Source: Myxococcota bacterium (GTDB taxonomy: Bacteria > Myxococcota > JACRCW01). Taken from it: a stretch of 28,348 nucleotides of DNA. The stretch is from contig JBFMGU010000138.1 of assembly GCA_040752415.1 (NCBI GenBank), positions 1 through 28,348 on the forward strand. The letters are read 5' to 3'. Under the pieces are notes generated by a model. It was not told the origin of the DNA, did not search any database, and worked only from the letters and a program-made list of their open reading frames with translations. Made by a program: the position numbers and the translations under genes. Shown here one piece after another: positions 1 through 7,483 of the stretch; the stretch's first letter is position 1, and each line of letters starts with the position of its first letter.

Positions 1-1073
1 GCGGGCCGCGGCGGAGAGGAGATGGGGCGTGCCCCGGCGCCCGCGCCCGCCACCGGGCCCGAGACGGGACGCGTGGCCGCCGGTGCGCCGGGCGCGGACG
101 GTGCGCGAGGCGGCGGGGCCGGACGCGGTGTCGTCGAGGAGGTGCCGGCCGCGGAAGCCGGGGCGCCGGGCGCGGTGGGACGCGCCGCCTGTGCTGGCGT
201 GACGCCGGTGGTGGTGCGCGCGGGCGTGGCGGGGAAGAACTTCTGCGCCGTGCTCAGCACCCCCGCCTTGGAGGAGGCAAATCCCGCCGAGGTCCAGAAC
301 GTCTCCAGCTGCGAGGTCAGGTTTGCCACCGACTGCGGCCGCTGGTCCGCGCGCGGCGCCGCCAACGTCATGGCGATCTTGGCGAGCTGCCCCGCCGGGC
401 CCTGCGCGGTGAGCGTGCTGATGACGGCGGGCTTCATGTCCACCGCGCCCTCCGGCGTGGGCGGGACCCCGGTGAGCAGCTCCAGCGTCATGGCCCCCAG
501 CGCGAAGATGTCCGTCTGCCCGTCAATGAGACCGCCGGAGCGCGCCTCCATGGGCAGGTAGCGGATGACCTCCGCGCGGGATGGCGCCGGGGGCAGCGGC
601 CCGCTCATGCCGGGCATCTGCACCTTGTTGAGGTCAATCAGCAGGACCTGTCCGTCGCTGCGAATCAGGAAGTCCCGCGGGTTGATGCCGCGCAGGATGA
701 TGCCCGTGGCGTGTGCCACCGCCATGCCCTCGGCAATCTGCGAGACCACGCTGGCGGCGGTGGGGACGTCCAGCGGCAGGGGCAGGTCGGTGAGCTTGAT
801 GCCGCTGACCCACGGACTGACGGTGTAGATGCGGGCCCCCACCCGCCGCGCGGCAATCACCGGCACCAGCGAAGCATGCAACAGGCTGGCGGCAAGCTTG
901 CTGGAGGTGCTGAAGGCGGCCACGCGCTCGGGGTAGGTGGCGTGGTCGTCGCGCAGGGTCTTGAGGGTCACCTCGCGGCCGGATTCCCGGTCCAGCGCGC
1001 GGGCCACCACCACGGTGCGGCCTTCGGCCACCCGTTGTTTGACCTCGTACCGCTGGGCCTTGTCCGAAACCAC
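1..1073 (-). CDS. Ser/Thr protein kinase-like protein, probable pseudokinase, with Pro/Ala/Thr-rich tail; 3' end lies outside the window
   Basis: Not in the ORF track. Hand translation from GTG 1073 (TGGAGG at 1078-1083): MVSDKAQRYEVKQRVAEGRTVVVARALDRESGREVTLKTLRDD...AEGMAVAHATGIILRGINPRDFLIRSDGQVLLIDLNK...RYLPMEARSGGLIDGQTDIFALGAMTLELLTG. Hanks subdomain order is intact but the catalytic motifs are degenerate. Confidence 0.85.
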   Translation of the reverse strand, partial: MVSDKAQRYEVKQRVAEGRTVVVARALDRESGREVTLKTLRDDHATYPERVAAFSTSSKLAASLLHASLVPVIAARRVGARIYTVSPWVSGIKLTDLPLPLDVPTAASVVSQIAEGMAVAHATGIILRGINPRDFLIRSDGQVLLIDLNKVQMPGMSGPLPPAPSRAEVIRYLPMEARSGGLIDGQTDIFALGAMTLELLTGVPPTPEGAVDMKPAVISTLTAQGPAGQLAKIAMTLAAPRADQRPQSVANLTSQLETFWTSAGFASSKAGVLSTAQKFFPATPARTTTGVTPAQAARPTAPGAPASAAGTSSTTPRPAPPPRAPSAPGAPAATRPVSGPVAGAGAGARPISSPPRP

Positions 1074-1150
1074 GCAACCTCCAATCCACCTGACTCTCAC
1101 GCCCCGGGGCTCAGCGCAACCCGCGCCAGGCGTGACCGGGGGCGCGTCCA

Positions 1151-3634
1151 TCACCAGTCCCGCTTCACCCGGGTGTCCTCGTTGGCACGGACGACAATCG
1201 TCTCGCGCTCGTCCTTGCCCAGCTGGTCATTCACCAGCCTGAGCTCATGCTTGCCCACGTAGAGCTCCTTGGCGGGGAAGGGCGTGGTGCCCAGCTTCAC
1301 GCCGTTCACGTAGACGTGCGCCCAGCTCTTCATGACCACCTTGAGCCGGCCCTTGGGCACGTTGACCTTCCGGCGCATCTCCTCGCCCGTCTCCAAGCGA
1401 ACCTTCTCGAAGTACTCCACCCCCTTCTTCTCGTTGACCAGCCGCAGCGTCTGGGTGCCGGCGGGGATGCGCGCGCGCTTGAGTGGCGTCTTGCCCAGCA
1501 TGCGCCCCTTCTCGGTGAACACGGTGGTGTCCGGCTCGCTGTCCAACGTGAGGAAACCCACCTCCTGCGGCCGGTCCTTCTCCATCTCGAAGGCCACCTC
1601 CACCGTGGCGCCCTTCTCCACGTCGACAATCCGCTCCTCGGACTCATACCCGGCCAGCTTCACCGCCACGCTGTGGCTCTTGCCGCCGGTGACCTCCACG
1701 CCGGAGACGGGGGTGTTGCCCGCGGGCTTCCCGTCGACGGTGACCGCCGCGCCGCCGGGCGTGGAAGTGATGTTGAGGCGGCCCTTGCCCTCGGCGGCGT
1801 CGGCGGCGGTGAGCTGCACGCTGATGTCCTGCACGCCTTCCTTGAAGTGGAACCGCCGGGTCTCGTCGCCGTAGCCCTCCAGGCTCAGGGTGGCCACGTG
1901 CGGTTCCCCGTCCACGGGCAGGCCGGCCAGCTCCAGCGGCGTGACCCCGTCCAGCGGGCGACCATCCAGGTACACCTTGGCGCCCGCGGGCGTGGAGCGG
2001 AAGCGCAGCACCGTGCCGGGCTTCTCCTTCTCCAGCGTGAGGTCCAGCTCCACGGTGTCCTCGCCGGTGATCTTCACGTCGCGCAGGGCCGGGGCGTAGC
2101 CGGGCAGCTCCACGCGCAGCGCGTACGCGCGACCGATCTCCAGGTTGGGAATCACCAGCGGGCTGCGCTGGTCCAGCTCCTTGCCGTCGACGAAGACCTT
2201 GGCGCCCTTGGGCTGCGTGCGCAGCGCCACGCGGCCGGCGGCCTCGGGCTGCAGCAGCATGAACGTGGCGGTGCCCACCAGCGCGGCCATGACCACCAGG
2301 CCCGCGGCGGCCAGCGCGAAGTTCCGCCGACTCATGGGCCGCGCCCCCGTCTGGGAGAGCTCACCCGCCATGGTGGCCTGGGTCTGTTCCGCCTGGAACT
2401 CCTCCAGTGACGACGACACCGGCTGCACTGCGGCGGGCCGGCTCGTGGACACGCTGCGCTGGCGCGTGGCGGTGGCGGGCGGCGGGGGCGGCGGCATGTC
2501 CCCCTGCGTCACCATGGTGCCGGCTTCCTGCAGCTCGGCGGCGCTCATCGCGGCCACGCGCGGGTTGCTGGCGGAGGGATTGGAGGTGTTCCGTCGACGA
2601 GACTGGCTGGTGGGCTTGTCTCCGCCGGGGTTGCTGGGACCCTGGCTGCCCGCACCGCTGCCCTCCTGCTCGATGACGGGCATGCCCAGCGCCTTCTCCT
2701 GCTCGATGTGCTCCTTGAACAGCTCATGCATGTAGCCGGAGAGGCGCGCCGGGCTGTGCAGCATGCGGTTCTCGGCCAGGAACTCCTCCAGCGCCTCCGC
2801 CAGCTGGCGACAATCCCGGAACCGGTCCTCCCGCCGCTTCGCCAGCGACTTGAGGACAATCTCGCTGAGGCGCTTGGGATAGCCCTGCTTCACCTCGACG
2901 GGCGGCTTCACCTGCCCCTCGATGATGGCGTGCAGCGTCATGATCTCGTTCTGGTACTTGAACAGACGAGTCATGGTGGTGAGCTCGTACAGGACAATGC
3001 CCAGCGCGAACTGGTCGGTGCGCTGGTCCATCTGGTCGCCGGAGGCCTGCTCCGGGCTCATGTAGCTGTACTTGCCCTTCAGCACCCCGCTCTTGGTCTG
3101 CACGCTCTGCGTGGCCGCCTTGGCAATGCCAAAGTCCACGATCTTCGTCGTGCCGTCGTAGGTGACGATGATGTTCTGCGGGCTGATGTCGCGGTGGATG
3201 ATGTTCAGCGGGCGGCCGCTGAGGTCCTGCTTCTTGTGCGCGTAGTCCAGGCCGTTGGCGGCGTCGATGATGATCTGCAGCGCGTGGGGCAGCGGGACGT
3301 CGCCATCCTCCTCCGCCTGTCGACGCAGCACGCGCCGCACGTCCTGCCCGTGCAGGAACTCCATGGCAATGAAGTAGGTGCCCTGGTCCTCGCCAATCTC
3401 GAAGATCTGCACCACGTTGGGATGGCGCAGGTCGGCGGCGGTGCGCGCCTCGTCCAGGAACATCCGGACGAACTCCTCGTTCTGCACCAGGTGCGGCAGG
3501 ATGCGCTTGATGACAACCAGCTTCTCAAAGCCCACCAGGCCGGTCTGCTTGGCCAGGTACACCTCGGCCATGCCGCCTTGCGCAATCTTGCGCAGCAGCT
3601 GGTACTTGCCGGCGATGAGCTTCTGTTCCGCCAA
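1151..3634 (-). CDS. Membrane Ser/Thr protein kinase with extracytoplasmic PEGA repeats (827 aa)
   Basis: AQGGMAEV, VVIK, HRDISPQN, DFG, GKYSYMSPEQ, then a TM segment (FALAAAGLVVMAALVGTATFMLL) and 4-5 PEGA-like repeats (TQPKGAKVFVDG, STPAGAKVYLDG, STPGGAAVTVDG..GNTP). TTG start with AGGAGG upstream. Confidence 0.93.
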   Translation of the reverse strand: MAEQKLIAGKYQLLRKIAQGGMAEVYLAKQTGLVGFEKLVVIKRILPHLVQNEEFVRMFLDEARTAADLRHPNVVQIFEIGEDQGTYFIAMEFLHGQDVRRVLRRQAEEDGDVPLPHALQIIIDAANGLDYAHKKQDLSGRPLNIIHRDISPQNIIVTYDGTTKIVDFGIAKAATQSVQTKSGVLKGKYSYMSPEQASGDQMDQRTDQFALGIVLYELTTMTRLFKYQNEIMTLHAIIEGQVKPPVEVKQGYPKRLSEIVLKSLAKRREDRFRDCRQLAEALEEFLAENRMLHSPARLSGYMHELFKEHIEQEKALGMPVIEQEGSGAGSQGPSNPGGDKPTSQSRRRNTSNPSASNPRVAAMSAAELQEAGTMVTQGDMPPPPPPATATRQRSVSTSRPAAVQPVSSSLEEFQAEQTQATMAGELSQTGARPMSRRNFALAAAGLVVMAALVGTATFMLLQPEAAGRVALRTQPKGAKVFVDGKELDQRSPLVIPNLEIGRAYALRVELPGYAPALRDVKITGEDTVELDLTLEKEKPGTVLRFRSTPAGAKVYLDGRPLDGVTPLELAGLPVDGEPHVATLSLEGYGDETRRFHFKEGVQDISVQLTAADAAEGKGRLNITSTPGGAAVTVDGKPAGNTPVSGVEVTGGKSHSVAVKLAGYESEERIVDVEKGATVEVAFEMEKDRPQEVGFLTLDSEPDTTVFTEKGRMLGKTPLKRARIPAGTQTLRLVNEKKGVEYFEKVRLETGEEMRRKVNVPKGRLKVVMKSWAHVYVNGVKLGTTPFPAKELYVGKHELRLVNDQLGKDERETIVVRANEDTRVKRDW

Positions 3635-3737
3635 ACCCTTGCCCTCCTGAGGGCCTTATCCCCCGGATCCGTCGCCAGGCCACGCGCAATCTACAGGCCA
3701 CCGGCCCCGGGGGGATATTTCTCCGCCGCCCCTGTTG

Positions 3738-3749
3738 CCTACATGTAGG
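3738..3749. promoter_or_regulatory. Perfect 12-bp palindrome CCTACATGTAGG upstream of the kinase gene; possible operator
   Basis: Perfect dyad in the 3635-3792 intergenic region. A -10-like TAGATT lies on the minus strand at 3688-3693. Confidence 0.3.
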
Positions 3750-3792
3750 TGTTCCGGCTCCGGGCGGATGCGTCCCGTCAGCGGACCAGCGG

Positions 3793-4848
3793 CTACGGGC
3801 GCGCCGGGTCCGTGCCGGGCCACGACGAGGGAGGCGCCTCCAGCGGTGCCATCAACGGCGCGGCGGGCACCGCGGTCTGGGCGGGCGTGGTGATGGCGGG
3901 CAACTCCACCGGGGCGGGCTTCTCCTGCGGCGCGCCCGGCTGTCGCGTGGACAGGCTCATGGCCCAATCCACCACCAGCGCGTAGTCCTTGGCGCCCGTG
4001 GAGTCTGGTGCGTACTCGAAGATGGTGCGCTTCACCTGCGGGCACTCCTTGAGCTTCACGCAGGAGCGGATGGGGGCCAGGGCGCGGTCCTTGAAGTGGT
4101 CGCGCAGCGCCTTCAGCGCCTCCTGCGCCACCTTGGCGCGACCGTCGAACATCGTCGGCAGCACCGCGCCCAGCTCCAGCGGGTGGCCCAGCTGCGTGCG
4201 CACGCCGTTGATGGTCTTCAGGATCTGCTTCACGCCCACGAGCGAGAGGTAGTCACACGCCACCGGCACCAGCACCTGGTCCGCGAAGCACAATGCGTTC
4301 TGGTTCAGCAGGCTCAGCGAGGGCGCGCAGTCCAGGATGACGAACCGGTAGCCGGTGAACGCCGCCAGGCGCTGCGTGAGCAGGCTGGCGCGCTTGGGGT
4401 GCTGGGCCAGCTTGATTTCCGCCTGGGCCAGGGTCTCGTCGGCGGTGAGCACGTCCAGGTTGTTGCGCACCGGGACGGAGGCCTGCGCCGGCGCCGCGCC
4501 CTCCAGCAGCACGTGGTACAGGCTCTTGCCGCCGCGCACGCCTAAGGACACGCCCACGCTACCTTGCGCGTCCGCGTCGACGAGCAGGGTGCGGAAGCCC
4601 TTGTCGGCCAGGCCGGCGGCCAGGTTCACCGCGGTGGTGGTCTTGCCCACGCCACCCTTCTGGTTCAGCACCGCCATGCGCACCGGCGGCACCACGGGCG
4701 GGGGCGGAGCGGAGCGCGCCAGCAGCTGCTTGCGACACGCCTCCGAGCACAGGTGGTACCGCCCCTGCGGCGTGGCCAGCATCTGGTAGACGAACTGCAG
4801 CGTGAAACCCGCGCCGCAGACGCTGCAGACGGCGTTGTCGGTGCTCAT
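3793..4848 (-). CDS. ParA/Soj-family ATPase with an N-terminal CxxC..CSxxC (TRASH/YHS-like) module (351 aa)
   Basis: Deviant Walker A NQKGGVGKTT, plus DADAQG, LDCAPSL, PVACDYLS, LPTMFD. N-terminus CSVCG-x-YHLCSEAC. Start moved to ATG 4848. Confidence 0.9.
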   Translation of the reverse strand: MSTDNAVCSVCGAGFTLQFVYQMLATPQGRYHLCSEACRKQLLARSAPPPPVVPPVRMAVLNQKGGVGKTTTAVNLAAGLADKGFRTLLVDADAQGSVGVSLGVRGGKSLYHVLLEGAAPAQASVPVRNNLDVLTADETLAQAEIKLAQHPKRASLLTQRLAAFTGYRFVILDCAPSLSLLNQNALCFADQVLVPVACDYLSLVGVKQILKTINGVRTQLGHPLELGAVLPTMFDGRAKVAQEALKALRDHFKDRALAPIRSCVKLKECPQVKRTIFEYAPDSTGAKDYALVVDWAMSLSTRQPGAPQEKPAPVELPAITTPAQTAVPAAPLMAPLEAPPSSWPGTDPARP

Positions 4849-4988
4849 CCGGGTGCTCCGTCCTGATGGGCGCAAGGGGCGGTGTGGCGTGCCGGCGGGG
4901 CCCCCTGCTGTTTCTCGCGTCGGTCGCAAAGCATATAGGGGGTGCGGGATCTTCGGGGCAATCCCAAAAGAGCGGAGCGGGCTTCCTC

Positions 4989-6674
4989 ATGGCGAGTGTG
5001 TTGCGGAGTGTCTACGCGGGGACGCGCAAGGCCCAGCTGGTCATCAAGGACATGGCGCGCTTCAGTGAGATGGCCAGGATCCTGGCGCGCTACGGCTTTG
5101 GCTGGCTCTTGGGGCAGACCCCGGAGGCGCTGCGTGTGGGCCCCCTCAAGGGCGACCCCAGCGTCATGCAGCAGACGCTCCCCCAGCGTGTCACCGGCGC
5201 CCTCGTCGAGCTGGGGCCCACGTTCGTGAAGTTCGGCCAGATCATGAGCACCCGCGGCGACCTGCTCCCGCAGGAGTTCCTGGACGAGCTGCAGAAGCTC
5301 CAGGACCGGGTGCCGCCGGTGCCGTTTGACGACGTCAAGGTGCAGGTGGAGCGCGCGCTCAAGCAGCCCGTGGAGAAGCTGTTTGCCAGCTTTGACACGG
5401 AGCCGTTGGCCAGCGCCTCCATTGCCCAGGTGCACTGCGCCGTGACGCGCGAGGGCGACGAGGTGGTCCTCAAGGTCCAGCGCCCCGGCGTGCGCGAGAA
5501 GATCCAGGGCGACTTGAGCCTGCTCAACTTCCTGGCCCGCCAGGCGGAGGACATCGCCCCGGAGCTGCGCCTGTTCAACCTGGTGGGCATGGTGCAGGAG
5601 TTCGAGAAGTCCATTGACCGGGAGACCGACTTCACCGTCGAGGCGGGGAACATCGACCGCTTCTCCCGCAACTTCCGCGACCAGCCCGCCATCAAGATCC
5701 CGCGCGTGCACAAGGCGCTGTCGACGGACATCGTGCTCACCATGGAGCGCATCCGCGGCCGCAAGCTGACCGAGGCGGTGACGGGTGCGGCGCCGGACGT
5801 CGTCGAGCGCGTGGTGGGGACGTACCTGGATTGCGCCTACCGCATGATCTTCCATGACGGCTTCTTCCACGGGGACCTGCACCCGGGGAACGCTCTGCTG
5901 CAGGACGACGGGAAGCTGGCGCTGCTGGACTTTGGCATGGTGGGCCGGCTCACCCCGGAGATGCGCGACAAGGTCATCGACGTCGTCTTCGCCCTGCAGA
6001 CCGAGGATCTTCCGTCGGTGGCGCGGACGTTCTTCCGGTTGGGCATCCCGGAAGGGCGCGTCGACTACGCCAGCTACGAGGCGGCGGTGATGGACGTGAT
6101 GGAGCGGCACTTCGTCGGTCGTTCCATGGCGGACATCCAGATTGGCGTGTTCTTCCGCGACCTGGTGCAAGTGGCCATGCAACACCGCGTGCGCCTGCCC
6201 TCCGACTACACCATGCTCTTCAAGGCCCTGGTGACGACGGAGGGACTGGCCAAGACCATTGCGCCCACGTTGCACCCCGTGGAGGCGGCGCGCCCGTACA
6301 TCGAGACCGCGGTGCGCCAGCGCTACAGCCCGGAGCGGCTCAAGAACCAGCTCGTTGCCGACGCGCTGACCTACTCCCGCATGCTGCGCGCCCTGCCCAT
6401 GGTGGGGGAGCAACTGCTGCGTGAGATCGAGCGGGACGAGTTCGCCCTGCGCGTGGACCCCGGCGAGCGGATGATCCAGGCGGTGGACAAGCTGGCCCGC
6501 GCCGTGAACCGCATGGCCATGGGCATGGCGGTGGGCGCGCTCCTGCTGGCGTTCGCGCTGCTCGCCTCCAACTCGCGCGATAAGGTGGACCTCTCGCTCG
6601 TCGCGGTGAGCCTGGGCGGGCTGGGCGTGCTGGGCCTGGTGGTGTTGCTGGTGGGCCTGTTCCGGGAGCGCTGA
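4989..6674 (+). CDS. ABC1/UbiB/AarF-family atypical kinase/ATPase with a C-terminal TM hairpin (561 aa)
   Basis: ELGPTFVKFGQ (KxGQ motif), A-rich loop ASASIAQVH, VLKVQRP, FFHGDLHPGN, LDFGMVG and two C-terminal hydrophobic helices. Start moved to ATG 4989. Confidence 0.92.
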   Translation: MASVLRSVYAGTRKAQLVIKDMARFSEMARILARYGFGWLLGQTPEALRVGPLKGDPSVMQQTLPQRVTGALVELGPTFVKFGQIMSTRGDLLPQEFLDELQKLQDRVPPVPFDDVKVQVERALKQPVEKLFASFDTEPLASASIAQVHCAVTREGDEVVLKVQRPGVREKIQGDLSLLNFLARQAEDIAPELRLFNLVGMVQEFEKSIDRETDFTVEAGNIDRFSRNFRDQPAIKIPRVHKALSTDIVLTMERIRGRKLTEAVTGAAPDVVERVVGTYLDCAYRMIFHDGFFHGDLHPGNALLQDDGKLALLDFGMVGRLTPEMRDKVIDVVFALQTEDLPSVARTFFRLGIPEGRVDYASYEAAVMDVMERHFVGRSMADIQIGVFFRDLVQVAMQHRVRLPSDYTMLFKALVTTEGLAKTIAPTLHPVEAARPYIETAVRQRYSPERLKNQLVADALTYSRMLRALPMVGEQLLREIERDEFALRVDPGERMIQAVDKLARAVNRMAMGMAVGALLLAFALLASNSRDKVDLSLVAVSLGGLGVLGLVVLLVGLFRER

Positions 6675-7414
6675 TGGACCGTCCCATTCCCGTGTTGACG
6701 TCGTCACTGCTGTCCGCGGTCCCTGGTGTGGTGCATGCCTTCACCGGTCGCGAGGGTGGCGTGAGCCCCGCGCCCTACCACAGCCTCAACCTCGGTCAGG
6801 CCCCCGCCGGTGACGACGTCACCAACGTGCAGGAGAACGTCCGCCGCCTCACCGCGCAGCTGGGCGCGCAGTCCCTGGCCGCGGTGCACCAGGTGCACGG
6901 CAGCCGCGTTGTCGACGAGAGCGAGGCGCATCCCGGCTGCCAGGCCGACGGCGTCATCTCCGCCACGCCCGGCCGCTTCGTCATGGTGAAGGTGGCCGAC
7001 TGCGCCCCCGTCCTGCTGGCCCGCAGCGACGGAACGAAGGTGGCCGCGGTGCACGCGGGATGGCGCGGCGCGGTGGCGCGGATTGCCTCCCAGGCGGTGC
7101 GGCTGCTCGGCACCCCCGACGTGGTGGCCGCGGTGGGACCGTGCATCGGTCCGTGCTGCTTCGAGGTGGGGCAGGAGGTCGTCGACGCCGCCACCGCGGT
7201 GGCCGGTCCGTCCGTGGTGGTGCGCAGGGAAGGGCGGAAGCCGCACGTGGACCTGGCGGGGATCGTCGTGGCGGACCTCATGGACGCCGGCGTGGCGTGC
7301 CAGCGGGTGGACGTGCTGCGGGGGTGCACGGTGTGTCACGGGGAGCTGTTCAGTCACCGCCGTGACCAGGGCCTCACCGGACGACAGGCCGGCGTGATTG
7401 GCCGGGTGTGCTGA
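6674..7414 (+). CDS. pgeF: YfiH/PgeF (laccase-domain, FAMIN-like) protein (246 aa)
   Basis: HAFTGREGGVS, SLNLG, QVHG, ADCAPV, AVHAGWRG, GPCIGPCCFEVG, CT..FSHRR. Start overlaps the upstream stop (TGATG). Confidence 0.93.
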   Translation: MDRPIPVLTSSLLSAVPGVVHAFTGREGGVSPAPYHSLNLGQAPAGDDVTNVQENVRRLTAQLGAQSLAAVHQVHGSRVVDESEAHPGCQADGVISATPGRFVMVKVADCAPVLLARSDGTKVAAVHAGWRGAVARIASQAVRLLGTPDVVAAVGPCIGPCCFEVGQEVVDAATAVAGPSVVVRREGRKPHVDLAGIVVADLMDAGVACQRVDVLRGCTVCHGELFSHRRDQGLTGRQAGVIGRVC

Positions 7415-7430
7415 AGACACTTACAGGACA

Positions 7431-7459
7431 TTGACGGGGGTTGCGGCGCGGCACAGTAT
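7431..7459 (+). promoter_or_regulatory. Candidate sigma70-type promoter TTGACG-N17-CAGTAT
   Basis: Good -35 hexamer, 17-bp spacer and a weak -10, in the gap before the large surface protein gene. Confidence 0.3.
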
Positions 7460-7483
7460 CCAGCGGTTCTGCTGGAGGTGCCT

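Noticed and set aside
634..1089. 151-aa minus-strand ORF and the plus-strand ORFs at 22-1262
   Set aside because: Wrong frame or strand. The kinase-like reading frame starts at GTG 1073 and runs off the window.
3793..4848. Chromosome-partitioning parA/soj or pomZ
   Set aside because: No adjacent parB or origin-region genes, no pomX/pomY-like neighbours, and an atypical N-terminal module.
4989..6674. Naming the gene ubiB of ubiquinone biosynthesis
   Set aside because: Family membership is clear, but the ubiE/ubiJ context is absent and the pathway cannot be assigned from sequence.
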